A stretch of DNA of 64,000 nucleotides from Lytechinus pictus (taxonomy: Eukaryota). This document shows, piece by piece, positions 41,401 to 53,719 of this stretch. Under the pieces are notes generated by a model. It saw only the letters and a list, made by a program, of their open reading frames with translations, searched no databases and was not told the DNA's origin. The translations under genes were made by a program, and so were the position numbers. The DNA is taken from contig NC_087246.1 of assembly GCF_037042905.1 (NCBI RefSeq), positions 8,806,001-8,870,000 on the forward strand, written 5' to 3'. Within the stretch, counting starts at the first letter, position 1, and each line of letters starts with the position of its first letter.

Positions 41401-44400
41401 TGCTCGTTGAAAGCGTAGGAATTTTCACACTGGACAAGGATACACAAGAACTTAAGCCAGGCTTGAAGATTGGGGTTTATTACCTCCTCAAGAAAGCAGC
41501 CACAATCACTAAAGCAACCTATCTCGCTAATGCCCAAGATGACAAGGCTACAGAGATTGACAAGTTCCTTGAAGTACTGAAACTAAACGAGAACTTCGTG
41601 TTCGGGGATGCCACTTACTCACTGAACAAGAATAGGCAGACGAAGTTGAGAAAACCACAACAGCTACCTCTAAAACAGGATGTTGAAAAGCTCCGAACCC
41701 ATACACTTCAGAAAGTGGAAGCAATGGTCAATGACAAGCACCTCTTATGGGACAGACATCAATTTGTCAGACTGCGTGACCTCACAGTGTCGAGATTGAC
41801 ACTGTTTAATGCACGAAGAGGGGGTGAACCCTGTCGATTGAAAATAGAAGAATGGCAAGATGCAGAAAATGGAGTCTGGGTTGACCAACAAATGGCTGAA
41901 GAAGTGACAGATCCAATAGAAAAGCAGCTGCTTGACCAACTCAAAATCTGTTACCAAACTGGTAAAGGTAATAACCATCTGGTCTCTGTCCTGTTTCCAA
42001 AGGATACCTTTGCAGCAATGAGAACCCTTTGCGACCCGGAAGTAAGATCAACAGCGCAAATCAATGTTGCCAACCCTTACATATTTGCGAGTACAAAGGG
42101 TTCAGAAGAGCACTTCTCAGGCTGGCATGCTCTGAACAATGTTTGTGAAAATGCTGGCATGGAGAATAAGGAACAACTGAATGCAACAAGGAACCGGCAT
42201 AGAATCAGCACAATCTACGCAGCACTGGAGTTGCCTCCTGAAGAACAGGCATTGTTTTACAAACACATGGGGCATTCCGAGGATATTAATAAGAATGTCT
42301 ACCAAACACCAATGGCAATTCAAGAAATAACAAAAGTTGGAAGAACTCTCCAGAAGATTGATGGGAAAGGTGAGTTCTGATAGTTCTGTCATATGAGTAT
42401 TTTGCTTTCCTTTAATTCCTTGTACAACAGGAGTGGATCAAGGAATATCTTGGGGATTGAGGGATTCAAGAGATTTCATGAATTGAAACATGAATTATGA
42501 AAAGCAAAATCAAGTCCCTTTTGGCAGGGGTCCAGGGCCTGCTTAACCCTAAGTTAACTAGGCTATTTCAGACCTTGGCCGCTGATTGAGTGATTGTCGC
42601 TAAATGTGTAAAGCCGGATGTTAACTACAACTACAAGACTATTTAGTAAAATTTTAAATGAATTGTTTACATTTTAAATGAATTGTTTACATTTTAAATT
42701 AATTACTAATGCAAATAAGCATATAAAATATGCCGTAGATGTGGGTTTTTTTGGTCTATGTTTTTGCCTTCAACGCACTAGTAGAATGAAAATATCAATT
42801 TTTTTTTCTATAAAATATCTACAAAAAAGTGCCAAAACATAATTCATTTCCTATGTATTTTATTGTTTTCCTTTTTCTTATGTACTTCTTTGTTTTTGTT
42901 CTTTTTATTTATTTATTTTTTTTTCAATAAGACTCTGCGACATTATTTCAGCCATAAATAGCATCAAATCAAATGACCATTAGTAAAAGTAAAAGATAAT
43001 CACACATTTATGAATTTTAGTTGAAAACACATTTTGTATTCACTTTGCACATGAAATCGCATTTTGGAGCAAATTTAGGTCTGACGTGCACTAACTAAAT
43101 GTTGCGTAATTTCATAAACCGGTACCTAAGCATTGCAAATTTGGTCTCAAAAGTTGCACGATACTTCAAAATAAAAAGTCAGCAAGCGATGTGGTCAAGA
43201 AAATGTTGAGGGGGCAATTATGCCCCCCCCCCCCCTGGAGTATTAGGGTTAATATGAAATGTGCAAAACAAAGTACATGTAAGTCCCCCCTAAAGCAAAT
43301 CTGTATAATTTCCAAACCAGGAATTTTGACATAGTATAATTTGGCACACATGTCACATTCTATATCATATATCATATCACATTAATTAGTAGAGACTGCC
43401 ATGGAGCCACTGGGGCACCAGTAAAAAATTTAGAGGAAGTTGTCCTTTAATTCACTCTTCAGTTCAAGTGACAAACAGATAATTATAATAATGTTTTTAC
43501 AGATCAACATATCTATTTGAATGCTTTTTTTTTCTTTCTATTTTTCAGGTAGTCATCAGCTGGAGAATGGCTCTGTGGGCAAGAAAACTGCGAGACAAAC
43601 ATTACAGGTTAGACTATTAATGGAACTTAGCTGTCCAAATTTCTTATGCAAAGTCTTACACAGATAACTCCTTTATTCTTTACTGAAATTCTGTCATAAC
43701 TGTGTGTACAGTGGATGGATGATCTTGAAGAACAGTTGTAGGGAATTTGTAGGGAAGTGACCCTGGACAGATAACCAACATGAAGCAAAAAAAAAGTAAT
43801 CTGCATGAGCAAATAATCAAATCAGGTTTTTTTGTTTTGTTTTTTTACTCTGAACAAGCCAAGAAAACCTACTGAGCAAGACCTTTTCTCTGCATGCAGT
43901 TATTTCTCTTTGCTCAAACAGCAGATCAGGGGGTTTCTCGATTTAGAGCAGAAAGTCTGATTTTTTGCATAAATTAGCATAATTAATTAATATAAAATAA
44001 AAGAAGACAATTTCGGAAAATCTAAATATACAATTTTGTAGACTATTACATCGCACACTACCATTGTGCAAATTTTTGCGATGATTGCGCGATCCATGGC
44101 CGATATCTGAAGGGGGGGGGGCCTTTTAGGCCCCCCCCCCCCCAGTTTTTCAAGCTACCAAAATAGTCCAGTCTTTTTAGGGTTAATGCATATACATATA
44201 GCCCATATGCAGGGATATCTGCTATCAATAACATCCAATGTATTTTTGTTGGAATGCTAACTTTCAGTAACATCCTCGTTCAAAATACTACACTACATCA
44301 CTACCCAAGTCAGGGCTTGCATCCTCAAGTATTTCTATGTATTTTTCTGTTGACATTACCTGCCCACCAGAAGGCTGTCTCACAGAGAAAAAAAAACGTT

Positions 44401-47400
44401 TCATCAGCCCTGAAAAATTGAGTAAATTTGTTTAATAAGTAGAAAAATCATGTCGAACTTCAAATCCAGACTCGTTCTGTGCATGCATAAACTGGCACCA
44501 GAAGTACTTCTTGCAACAGATCTGGGCACTTGCATTTAAATTTCTGATATCGATAGCTGATATTGCTGGATATGGACGATATACAATTTAGCCTTCAATC
44601 TTTATGTAAAACTCACATGGAAATGACAAGGCCCAACTGAGATCACATATTCTACAGTGCTGGTCATCCTATGTGCATACGCTTGTGAGACATTTAACCC
44701 TAAAAAGACTGGGGGGGGGGGGGGCTGATTCAGCCCCCCCCTCGACATTTTTCGCGATAAATCCGCCGCTTGAAATTTTTTGACCACGTCACTCGCTGAC
44801 TTTTTACTTTCTCGCGCAACTTTTGGGACCAAAATTGTGACCCCCGGGTACGCGATTCCTAAATTACGCAACATTTCGTAAGTGCATGCAGACCCAAAAT
44901 GACTCAAAAACGTGAATTTGTGTACAAATCCAATGCAAATAGTGTTTTTAGCCAAAATTCATAAATGTATCATTATTTTTCCTTTTACTGCTTAAAATCA
45001 ATTAATTTTATCTTTTTAATGGTCAAAATAAAGTCCCCGACAATTTCCATTGAAAAAACAATAACAAACAAAAAGTTGAAAAACAAAGAAATACATAAGA
45101 AATTTAGAAAACAATAGAATACATAAGAAAATAAATGGGTTAGTGAATTTTTTTTAAAATAAATTTGATCAGATGCCTATCTAGAGTATGTGAAACAAAA
45201 ATTAGCATTTTAGGGGCATTATTTTATTAATTAAAGCAAACTTATGATTTTACGCATAAATTAGCATAATTAATGAGCAATGAGATTTTTTGCAGAATTT
45301 GATATTATAGTTTTGTAGAAAATGCCATGGGTAACGCGCGTGCCAATTTTCGTTGCGATAGCGTGGTCGACGGCCGAGATCATAAGGGGGAGCTGAATCA
45401 GCCCCCCCCCCCCCCCCCGTCTTCTTAGGCGTCGAAATAGCCCAGTCTATTTAGGGTTAAAGCTGCACCATTCCCTGTAATATACAATGCACATGCACAA
45501 CTAACTTGCTGTCATAATGTTTGTTAATTTAATGCAGGAGTTTTCTGTAAATAGCAAGGAACTTGGTACCAAATCTGTCCCTACCATGCCAGGCCCAGCT
45601 CCAAAGCGATCTAAGTTGGAGAAAGGTGAGACCTATTATATGTTTGCAGACAAAAATATGTGAAATATTCAAGCCTAGTTTGCACTGGGTAAAATTTACC
45701 AAGTCATTTCGGGTCCATAGGTAAGATAAAATATATTTTGACCGAATTTGGGTTTAAATGAGATAATTTTCTATGTCTTTGAGCTAGGTCAGCCAAATCA
45801 CACCTCGGAAACATAAAGTTTATGTTTATATTAAACTGAAAGATGCGGCTCCAGTTTGAAAAATGTATCAGCTCTGACAAAAATGAAAAGCAGGGAGGTT
45901 GATTAAAGGCATTACCTTGATCCCCAATTTCATTTGCAGCTGCCTGTGGCATACATGTACTCTGAACTTTTTACTGCTCCAGGCTCGGACCCCCAAATCG
46001 GCACCAGTGCCTCATAAAGATGCACATCAAGCAAATATGGGCCAAACCGAATCGGTGCACAAAATGAATTATTGCTGAGCATTAAAAAGCATGATTGTAT
46101 TCACAGCTAATTCTATTCTGGAGAATAGCAATAATATATAAGCTCAGGTCAAGACTATGTGACCATATCTGGTGATATCCTTAAAAAGCTGCCAAAAATG
46201 AGTCTGTAGACGTCTGTACATTGTAGAGTAGACTCTAAGCCGTGATATGATATACAACTTGTCAGCTCTGGACCAGTATAGCCTCTTCAAAATTGTTATT
46301 GAAAGAACATGTAGGGTGAGCAAGTCTATAGTTCCTATAGATAGAAAGGCTTTAAAGATTATATCATTCAGGCATGGTGCAGAGAAGTTTTTGCTCTAGC
46401 AGATAATTTAAATTTGAATATTTTGGCTCATGATTTAAAAATGTATAAAAATGACTTTTTGTGGGATTGACCAGGGAGGGTCACAATGTAGGGCTACATA
46501 TACATATGAAACGTTACATTTCCACTTTATGTGCATTAATTGCTTTTACGGGGTATTCTGAAAAAAGGTTCAAAGGTCATGCCTTTTGGAAATAATTTTT
46601 GTTAGCCCTTTGATATAATTATTTGAGAATAAAGGGTTACCTGGCTTTCATTTGACACCTGTGTATCATCACTACCACATCACTGAATTACACATTTCTG
46701 AAGGTGGTAGGTACAAAATTCACATTTTCCAAGTTTTTTGAAAATTAGAAGTTTCAACAGTCCTTGCAAGCATTGAAAAATGGTAGCTTTTTAGCTTCAA
46801 TTAAAAGAATGTGATATCGTGCAACCCTTAATTACCTGTAGTGCGCACCAACTATGGTGAATGTCCTGAAGCAACATTTGGTCGTTCATCACAACATTAT
46901 GGGCGTCCACCCTCGATTGTATGCCAAATGCAGCTTCGTCAATATGGTTCTGCATTGTCCACAAACCTGCCCATGAGCCACCTTTACATACTTCAAACGT
47001 TGAGTTTCCTTGAGATCCCTCTCCAGCAGCTGTTTGTTAAAAACCTAACCGTTAATGGCAGCCAGGTTGTGGTCCTAGGGTGGGCCAGAAGTTGTCTTCT
47101 AACTAGCTCCCATGTTTTTTGGCAGTTTTTCACTCTTCCCACAAGAAGTGCCCTGTAAAGGCTTCTTTCATGTTGTTTATCTTTGTGCAGACAATCTTTC
47201 TAGATAGAGAATCGCTTTTTGGATCTGCAAATGGAATGCTTCCCTTGCCTTTATTATGTACTGTTACTGTGAAATGTCACCACAAATGAAATAAGATTTG
47301 CTATGTAGAAAATAATGATAAAACCAAAAAGTTGGAAAAAGTAGATTTTGTACCTTTTGTAGGGCTGTAATGCAAACAAGGTGTCAAATAAAAGCTTGTG

Positions 47401-50400
47401 AGTTACTTATTATTTCAGTTAAAAAAATTAGTAGAATAAACTGTATTTGTTATATACTTGACATTTGAACCTCTAGCTGTAACTTTTGTTATTTAATCCT
47501 TACTATTCATGCTCAATAGCTTTTCATCTTTGTGCTAAGTTTAGCTAGATTTTACTCATTTAAATTTCTGGTCCCTAAATAAATGAGTAGTCAGGCAGAA
47601 AACACCCATGACATTAGGATGGGCACCTAACAATACTCAATCATACATACAGTCCACACAATTCAATAGGCATATCAATGGCTGTATAATGGTTGTTCCT
47701 TTGCATGAAATTGAGTTTGGAAATATCAATGAACACACAGTGTACATACACCTAATGACTGGATCAAGTCTAGACCACAGGGAGCCTGATGAAATTGCCC
47801 TTCATGCGAACCATGAAAAAACGTAGTTCGTGGACTGTTGCTTACATAGTTGCATTTGAAAAAGTGGGTGTTAAGTCATGCACATGTTTGCATCGTGTAT
47901 CAACTACAACTTACAAGCAACTGCATTATAATTGTATGTTTTTATTTATTTCTTATTTGTACAGGTCGAAGCTACACATCATGGCACGAAAAAGATGCCA
48001 AACTTGTCTTCAACTATTTTGTTGAAATTATCAAAGGAGGATCATCCAAATCCATTCCAGGTATCCATTGGTGAAGCATTTTTGTTTTGTAAAACATAAC
48101 CCTTAATATCCCATTGGGTTTTTTGAGGGACCTCAAACAATGGGCCCCGGCCCCCACCTGATCTTGGCCACAAATTGCACAGTCACCACAAAATGTGCAT
48201 GAAGTTACGAGCCAGCGTGCTCTACAAGACTGTATAGTTAGATTTTTCAAATTGTATATTTATCGAATATGAATATATTTTTGCTAATTTATGCAAAATA
48301 CATTTTTGGCCTATCACAAAATAAAGCTCCAAAATTGATAATTTTTAAATTAACATATTCTTTTTAACATTCCCAACAATAATATTTCAGCAAAAGATTT
48401 GATTTCATAATTATTTCCTATGTATGTTATAGTTTGTAATTTCCAATATATTTCCTTGTTTTATAGCCTTTTATTGATGTATCCCCCGGCAGGTACTGCC
48501 GGAGGATACTTTGGATTCAGCAGCGTTACTTCCATTCTTCTACTATCTACTGTAAAATCAAGCCATAAAAATATTTTTTATTTAAAATATCAAAGATTTT
48601 TTGAAGGTACCTTGTTTTGCCAGATCACCTAAATATGGCACCTCGTGCGTGATTTGGCAAAACAATAGCAAAAGGTGTTGTGATATTGCAAAACAATGTT
48701 TCTTTTCAGCAATAGGTGTTTTGATATGGCAAAACAACGTATCTCTGTTTTGGGACTTCCAAGATATCCGCGATTTTAGATTTTACAGCTGCAACTTATT
48801 TGTTCCTATTTCTTTCCTGTTGAATAATTTTCTAAGATACGTATTCTCAATCTAATGATCACTCTAAATAGTCAAGGATTTAAAATTGAATCTTTTGGAT
48901 TAACTTTTAAGTTTCTTCAGTTGTAATTGTGGTTAGTGACCAGCCGATCATGACATAAACTAAATCTTTTCGTGTTGGATTAAAAAGAAATAAATCCCAC
49001 TGACTAGATTAAAAAGTAAATCCGAATGGATTTGAGTTCTAAATCTTTAGTTGTTTTTTTATCTATGAAAGTTTTACAGACAGGTTGTATTAATCTAATT
49101 ATTTGGATTTAAAGTTTTCAAAATCTTTTAAGGAATTTAAATACTTAGATCTATTTATTAAAGTTCAGATGGGATAAAAATGAATCCAATAAGATTTGTT
49201 TTTTGAATCTTTTAAGTTATTTTAGTCCTACTGTTAGGATGTCTGAATAACTTCTTCAAAAAGACAAAAATATGAATTAGATAATTGAAACTAATTGAAG
49301 GTGAGTACACTAAAGGCAACTATTTCGTTATTTTTTAGATCTCATATCACATCGGTCAACGGAATTCTTAGAATTGTTGATCTATCTACCAATAAACGGT
49401 AGGTCTAACGTTAGAGTTTAGATCTCGGTTGGCCCAAACCTACTGTATTGTACAAGCTCACAATACATCATGATCTAGGATCAGCTTTTGTTAGATTTGG
49501 TTGAAAGTTGAAAGTGTAACTGGTACTGTAAATACATGTAGAGTCTACGACATACCGACATATAGACCTAGTCTCTAGATCTATTTAAAGTAAAAATACA
49601 GACTACATGTAGGTAGCTTGAAATTTAAGCTATTCTAGACCTGTCACCTTGATCTAAGTTTAGACGTAAGTAATTTCTAAAATATTTTCGGCTAGATCTA
49701 GGCTAGATCGCTTTTTAATATATGTGGGCAGGTGATAAATCGCCTTTTTTTTTATTTGAAAACGCTCGAGAATGGCATACCAGGGTTTGGCTAAGCCTAA
49801 GGCCAGCATCAGTTCTATAGTCAACATTCATTGTTTTGTACTTAGAGTTAGACTAATTACTGGTTTTGGCCAACCTACATCTAAAATTTGTAAAAAATTA
49901 AAGTCAAAGTGAAAGTATACTATAGATAGACCTACCGTACCGGCAGATCAATCGACAATTCTAAGAATTATGCTGTCCAATGTGATATGAGATATCTATA
50001 GTTTAAACTTAGTTACCTGTAGTATACTTACGTTCAAATATCGTAACCAATTTTCCTTTTTGCCCGTAAATAATGTTTTCAGGCATCCATTGTTACATAT
50101 CATTGAGGCTAATTACTCATATTTACAATTAACGCTGCACCAGGCCTAGGCTAGGCCGGCCGGCCGGCCGGCGCGCGCTGCATATAAATGCGTATAAAAA
50201 TGTACACATAATGTACTGGCCCGCGCTGTACATGTATGTCTTGTATTAGAAGACCCTCAGCGGCCTCAGTTACGTTGTTTTGCCATATCACAAAACGAAG
50301 ATACGTTATTCTGCCAGAAAAACCGGAAGCTCAAATGAGAGGGAGTTAACACGGCAGAATAACGTAAGTCGATCAGGGACGCAAATGTTTTGGAAAACAA

Positions 50401-51628
50401 CGTAAGTCAAGTTACGTTGTTTTGCCAAATTATTTAGAACAATTTTGAAAAATTTCTGAAATTGAAATGCAATTTTCTGAAAATTAATATCATTTTGAGA
50501 GCTGAAATTTTGACAGATGTTAAAGAATGGTATAATACATCCAACAAGCTAAAAAACTGAAAAACCTCAAAATTTGAGATACGTTGTTTTGCCAAATCAC
50601 GGCCGTACTTAACCACATCTCTTCATTCAACTCCTAACTCATACTAAACATACAGTTGTTTGTCTTTGTTTTTTGAAGTGTGATTATACTAACAGAAATG
50701 AATTCCAATCATTGAAAGAAAAAACAAATTTTGTCTCATAAGTTGCGCGATACTTGAAAAACTCATGAAATTTTGTGGCAAAAGCATCTCGCATTGCAGA
50801 ATAATTGTGCGAAACATTGAGCGGGGTCTTTCTGCACCCCCCATGGGATTAGGGTTAACTCTTAATGAAATAAACACCTGATCTCTTTTGTAATGTCAAT
50901 TTATGTTGATGCATTTTGTCATTGTTTTGTGCCCATATGATGGCTATATTGTGTGTATCACAATTAAAGTATCCAAATGTAGCCACTCATGTAATTTTTT
51001 CCCAAATATAGATAAATCCCATTAATTTTTTGGCAACAAATTTCTTTATCCTTTTTCCAATGATGTTTATGCTACATCTCAGTATTCCTCCGCAATCATT
51101 CTGTTACATAATTTACAAATGTTACCCATATTCACTCGTGCTTGAAATTATTCAAAGGCATATAATATCTGATTGACTGGACCCCCAAACTACCTGTAAT
51201 TGAGCAAAAGGTGTATCTTGATAGATACGGATTTGGAAGGACTGAAAAAGTGCCTACGTATTTTTGATACACTTGATAGTTTTGATTTTAATCCGACGTA
51301 AACTATACGAAAGGTCTGAGAAATAGCACAGATCCTCCCAAAGTGTTATTCGAATTGCTGAGTATCTGAATGGAGTGGAATATGTCGTACAGTATCTCAG
51401 ATGGTAAAAGAACCTTTTTAATATTAAGTTCATTATTCAAAATCCACAGTAGAATTAGTTATGTTTATTATGTTGTGTCTCACAGGCAAGCAAGAGTGTG
51501 AAACCTTCCTAAGGAAGACAGGGCTGATGGTTGAATGGACAGCTGTCAGGAATAAAGTGATGAATGAACGGGTCAAATGGCAGAAAAAGGTGAACCTGCG
51601 ACTGGATGACCTTGGAATAGAATCATAA
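30590..51628 (+). CDS. Multi-exon SET-domain / zinc-finger / tyrosine recombinase / Myb-like fusion protein (~1,080-1,100 aa). Exons 30590-30704, 31771-31924, 32282-32425, 33981-34005, 35268-35504, 38266-38443, 39221-39297, (40161-40226 optional), 40449-42369, 43549-43607, 45538-45625, 47965-48060, 51486-51628
   Basis: All exons are GT-AG bounded and phase-compatible from ATG 30590 to TAA 51626-51628 (3303 nt with the optional exon), with no internal stop. Confidence 0.75.
31011..31594. mobile_element. Kolobok-type MITE in intron
   Basis: AGGAGAATGAAAC...GTTTCATTCTCCT with TTAA on both sides and long internal inverted arms. Confidence 0.8.
35555..38109. mobile_element. piggyBac-type non-autonomous element with nested insertions
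   Basis: TTAA|CCCTAAT...ATTAGGG|TTAA; the internal sequence resembles the elements at 42547 and 44698. Confidence 0.55.
35813..36627. mobile_element. Tc1/mariner-type foldback MITE
   Basis: CAGTGC.TCCCACAAA...TTTGTGGGACGCACTG with TA flanks; the inverted arms extend ~300 bp. Confidence 0.85.
40449..42369 (+). CDS. Large exon: two zinc-finger-like motifs plus tyrosine recombinase (phage integrase-like) catalytic domain
   Basis: Within the 651-aa ORF 40425-42380: CPFC-x10-H-x4-H and CGIC-x12-H-x2-C motifs. Integrase-order residues R (LFNARRGGE), K (TGKG), xxxR box (ATRNRH), H (HMGHS) and Y (NKNVYQ). Confidence 0.88.
42547..43248. mobile_element. piggyBac-type MITE
   Basis: TTAA|CCCTAA...TTAGGG|TTAA. 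Confidence 0.7.
44698..45456. mobile_element. piggyBac-type MITE
   Basis: TTAA|CCCTAAA.AGACTGGG...CCCAGTCT.TTTAGGG|TTAA. A lone right end of the same family lies at ~43965-44186. Confidence 0.85.
48645..50608. mobile_element. Non-autonomous element with reiterated subterminal GGCAAAACAACGT motifs; nested foldback at ~49250-50060
   Basis: GTGATTTGGCAAAACAA on the left and TTGTTTTGCCAAATCAC on the right, with several motif copies at each end. Inner inverted arms at ~49338-49407 and ~49927-49996. Confidence 0.6.
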
Positions 51629-53719
51629 AGACACTCAACAAAAAATTCTGCCCCCCACCCTCACTTTTAAGCCACTGCAAAGAAAAGGCTTAAAGACATT
51701 ATGTTGTGAGTGAGACCTTGTATGTCTGGTTTGTTCGCTTTGTCACTTTTTACTTAGTGCCTGCTAAATTGCTCTAACTGCCAATCATAGCATCAAACAA
51801 GCAAGAAATGCCACATGCTACTGTACCAATCAACTATTTGCCCATTCCCTTGAGACATGTAAATGGCGCATACATTCCTGATTTCTTCAATGCTATATAT
51901 GACAATCTGTAAGTGATATTTATCTGACAGAAGCTGACTTGCATGGTAAAACATGACAAAAATAGAAACCTGTCATGGTCTCACTCAAAGTGCCCTAAAA
52001 CAAAAACTACACAACCAAAGTGCCTGTTTTTTGTTATTGGTAAATAACTCCTTTACATGGACATACTCATTTTGTTACTTTAGTTTGGGAAGTTCTCCAA
52101 AGCATGGGGGCACCTTGCTTTGTTTGGAAGAAAAAGCATATAAAGGATTAATTGAAGAGCCTGAAGAAAGTCAATTTTTATATTGCATCCACCGATGGCA
52201 TTCAAAATTTAGAAATTGTAGAATCTATTTCCTGAGGTATGCAACCATTGCAATAAATTTTTGCAAAGATTAAACATATAAAGGAATACATTTTACTTCG
52301 TACATGTCATTTTGCCTCCGACAAAGATATTGCTAGGATCGAAAGCTTAGGCCCCTTTTGAGTTTCTAATAAAAAAAATATTGTGAGAAAAAGTGCATTA
52401 CCATGGTAACAGTTATGGGCTACTATAAAGCATTATTTTGCTAGGCAGGGGATACGTATTAATCACCTTCAGTGATTCTAGTTTGAAGTAAATTAAATTC
52501 AATCCACAATCGCTTTGAAAGAAAAAAAAAACATAAGAAATAATTGAAGAGCCTGAAAATCTTTTATATTTCATCCACCCATTACACTAAACATTTTATT
52601 AAAATGCAGATCCATATCGATACCAATCTCCAGATTGGTTCTCATGTTTGAAAAATGGTGTTACTGAAAGTCTGATTGTTTTCTAATTAGGGATATGGTA
52701 ACAATATATATTTTATTCTGATACCAAATTGCACAACAGATGTTTGCCCACAACATTTACTAACTTTTCCCAAATTCTCCAAGTGTTTATTCTGTAATTA
52801 AAGCACTTGGGTGATGAATATGCATGCCAAGATTTTCTGAAGAATGTTATTCTCTAAAAAAAGTGAGTGAAAAAAATTGCAGTTTTAAACGTTAATTTTA
52901 ATAAAAAGTGAATTTGAGCGAAATCCAAGCAAATTGAATTGAAAATTAGTATTTTCACTCTAAGTTCACCCTTTTAAGTGTCAACATGTTTCATTCAACT
53001 TATTTTTTACAGAATAAGAACTTTGCCTGAGGAAGGGATCTTCCATTTCTTGTTATCCGAGGACTGGTTATTGCAAAGTTTTAAAATTTTGGTCATCAGT
53101 GTTCTCTTTTATGCTTGTATATAGTTGTATATAGCTTGTCCTCTTCAGTAATTAAATCCCTCTTGACTTGTGACTGGTGACTTACAACCATATCATATGA
53201 CCTCAGGAATGGATGTGATAACATCATGCAATTCATTAAGATGCAATACCTATGAAAAGCTCATAACAGAATGTATAGGTGGTGCGAGCTTTATCCTGGC
53301 TTCGAATGTCAATATGAAATATTATGATCGATTGTTTAAAAACAATTATTTGTTATATTATATGTGATCATTTCATCCCTGTGGCATACTAATGCATTCA
53401 TGGATGATGACTGCAGGAGAAAGGAATCTTTGTGTACCAGAATTTTCCCCCAGAGTTTGAAATGCTATGGAGGGACTTATTACCTCCTCAAAATCCAGGT
53501 TAAAAATAAATAAATATCAAGGTTGTTGAATTTTAAAGTATAGTAATATTTTGTGAAAACCATTACATGCCTGCCATCATTGCAGCAATGGACATTTGAT
53601 GCATCAAATCAGTGGTCAATCCATTTCATTCTTGATGGACAATATTTGCATTTAAAAAATTCATGTAATAAAATACAAAGGAATAAGTAGGGATATGTTA
53701 TCATCAGCTTGCTCATATT

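Noticed and set aside
40425..42380. Prophage or bacterial contamination as the source of the integrase
   Set aside because: The ORF is bounded by splice sites and continues in phase into spliceosomal exons on both sides.
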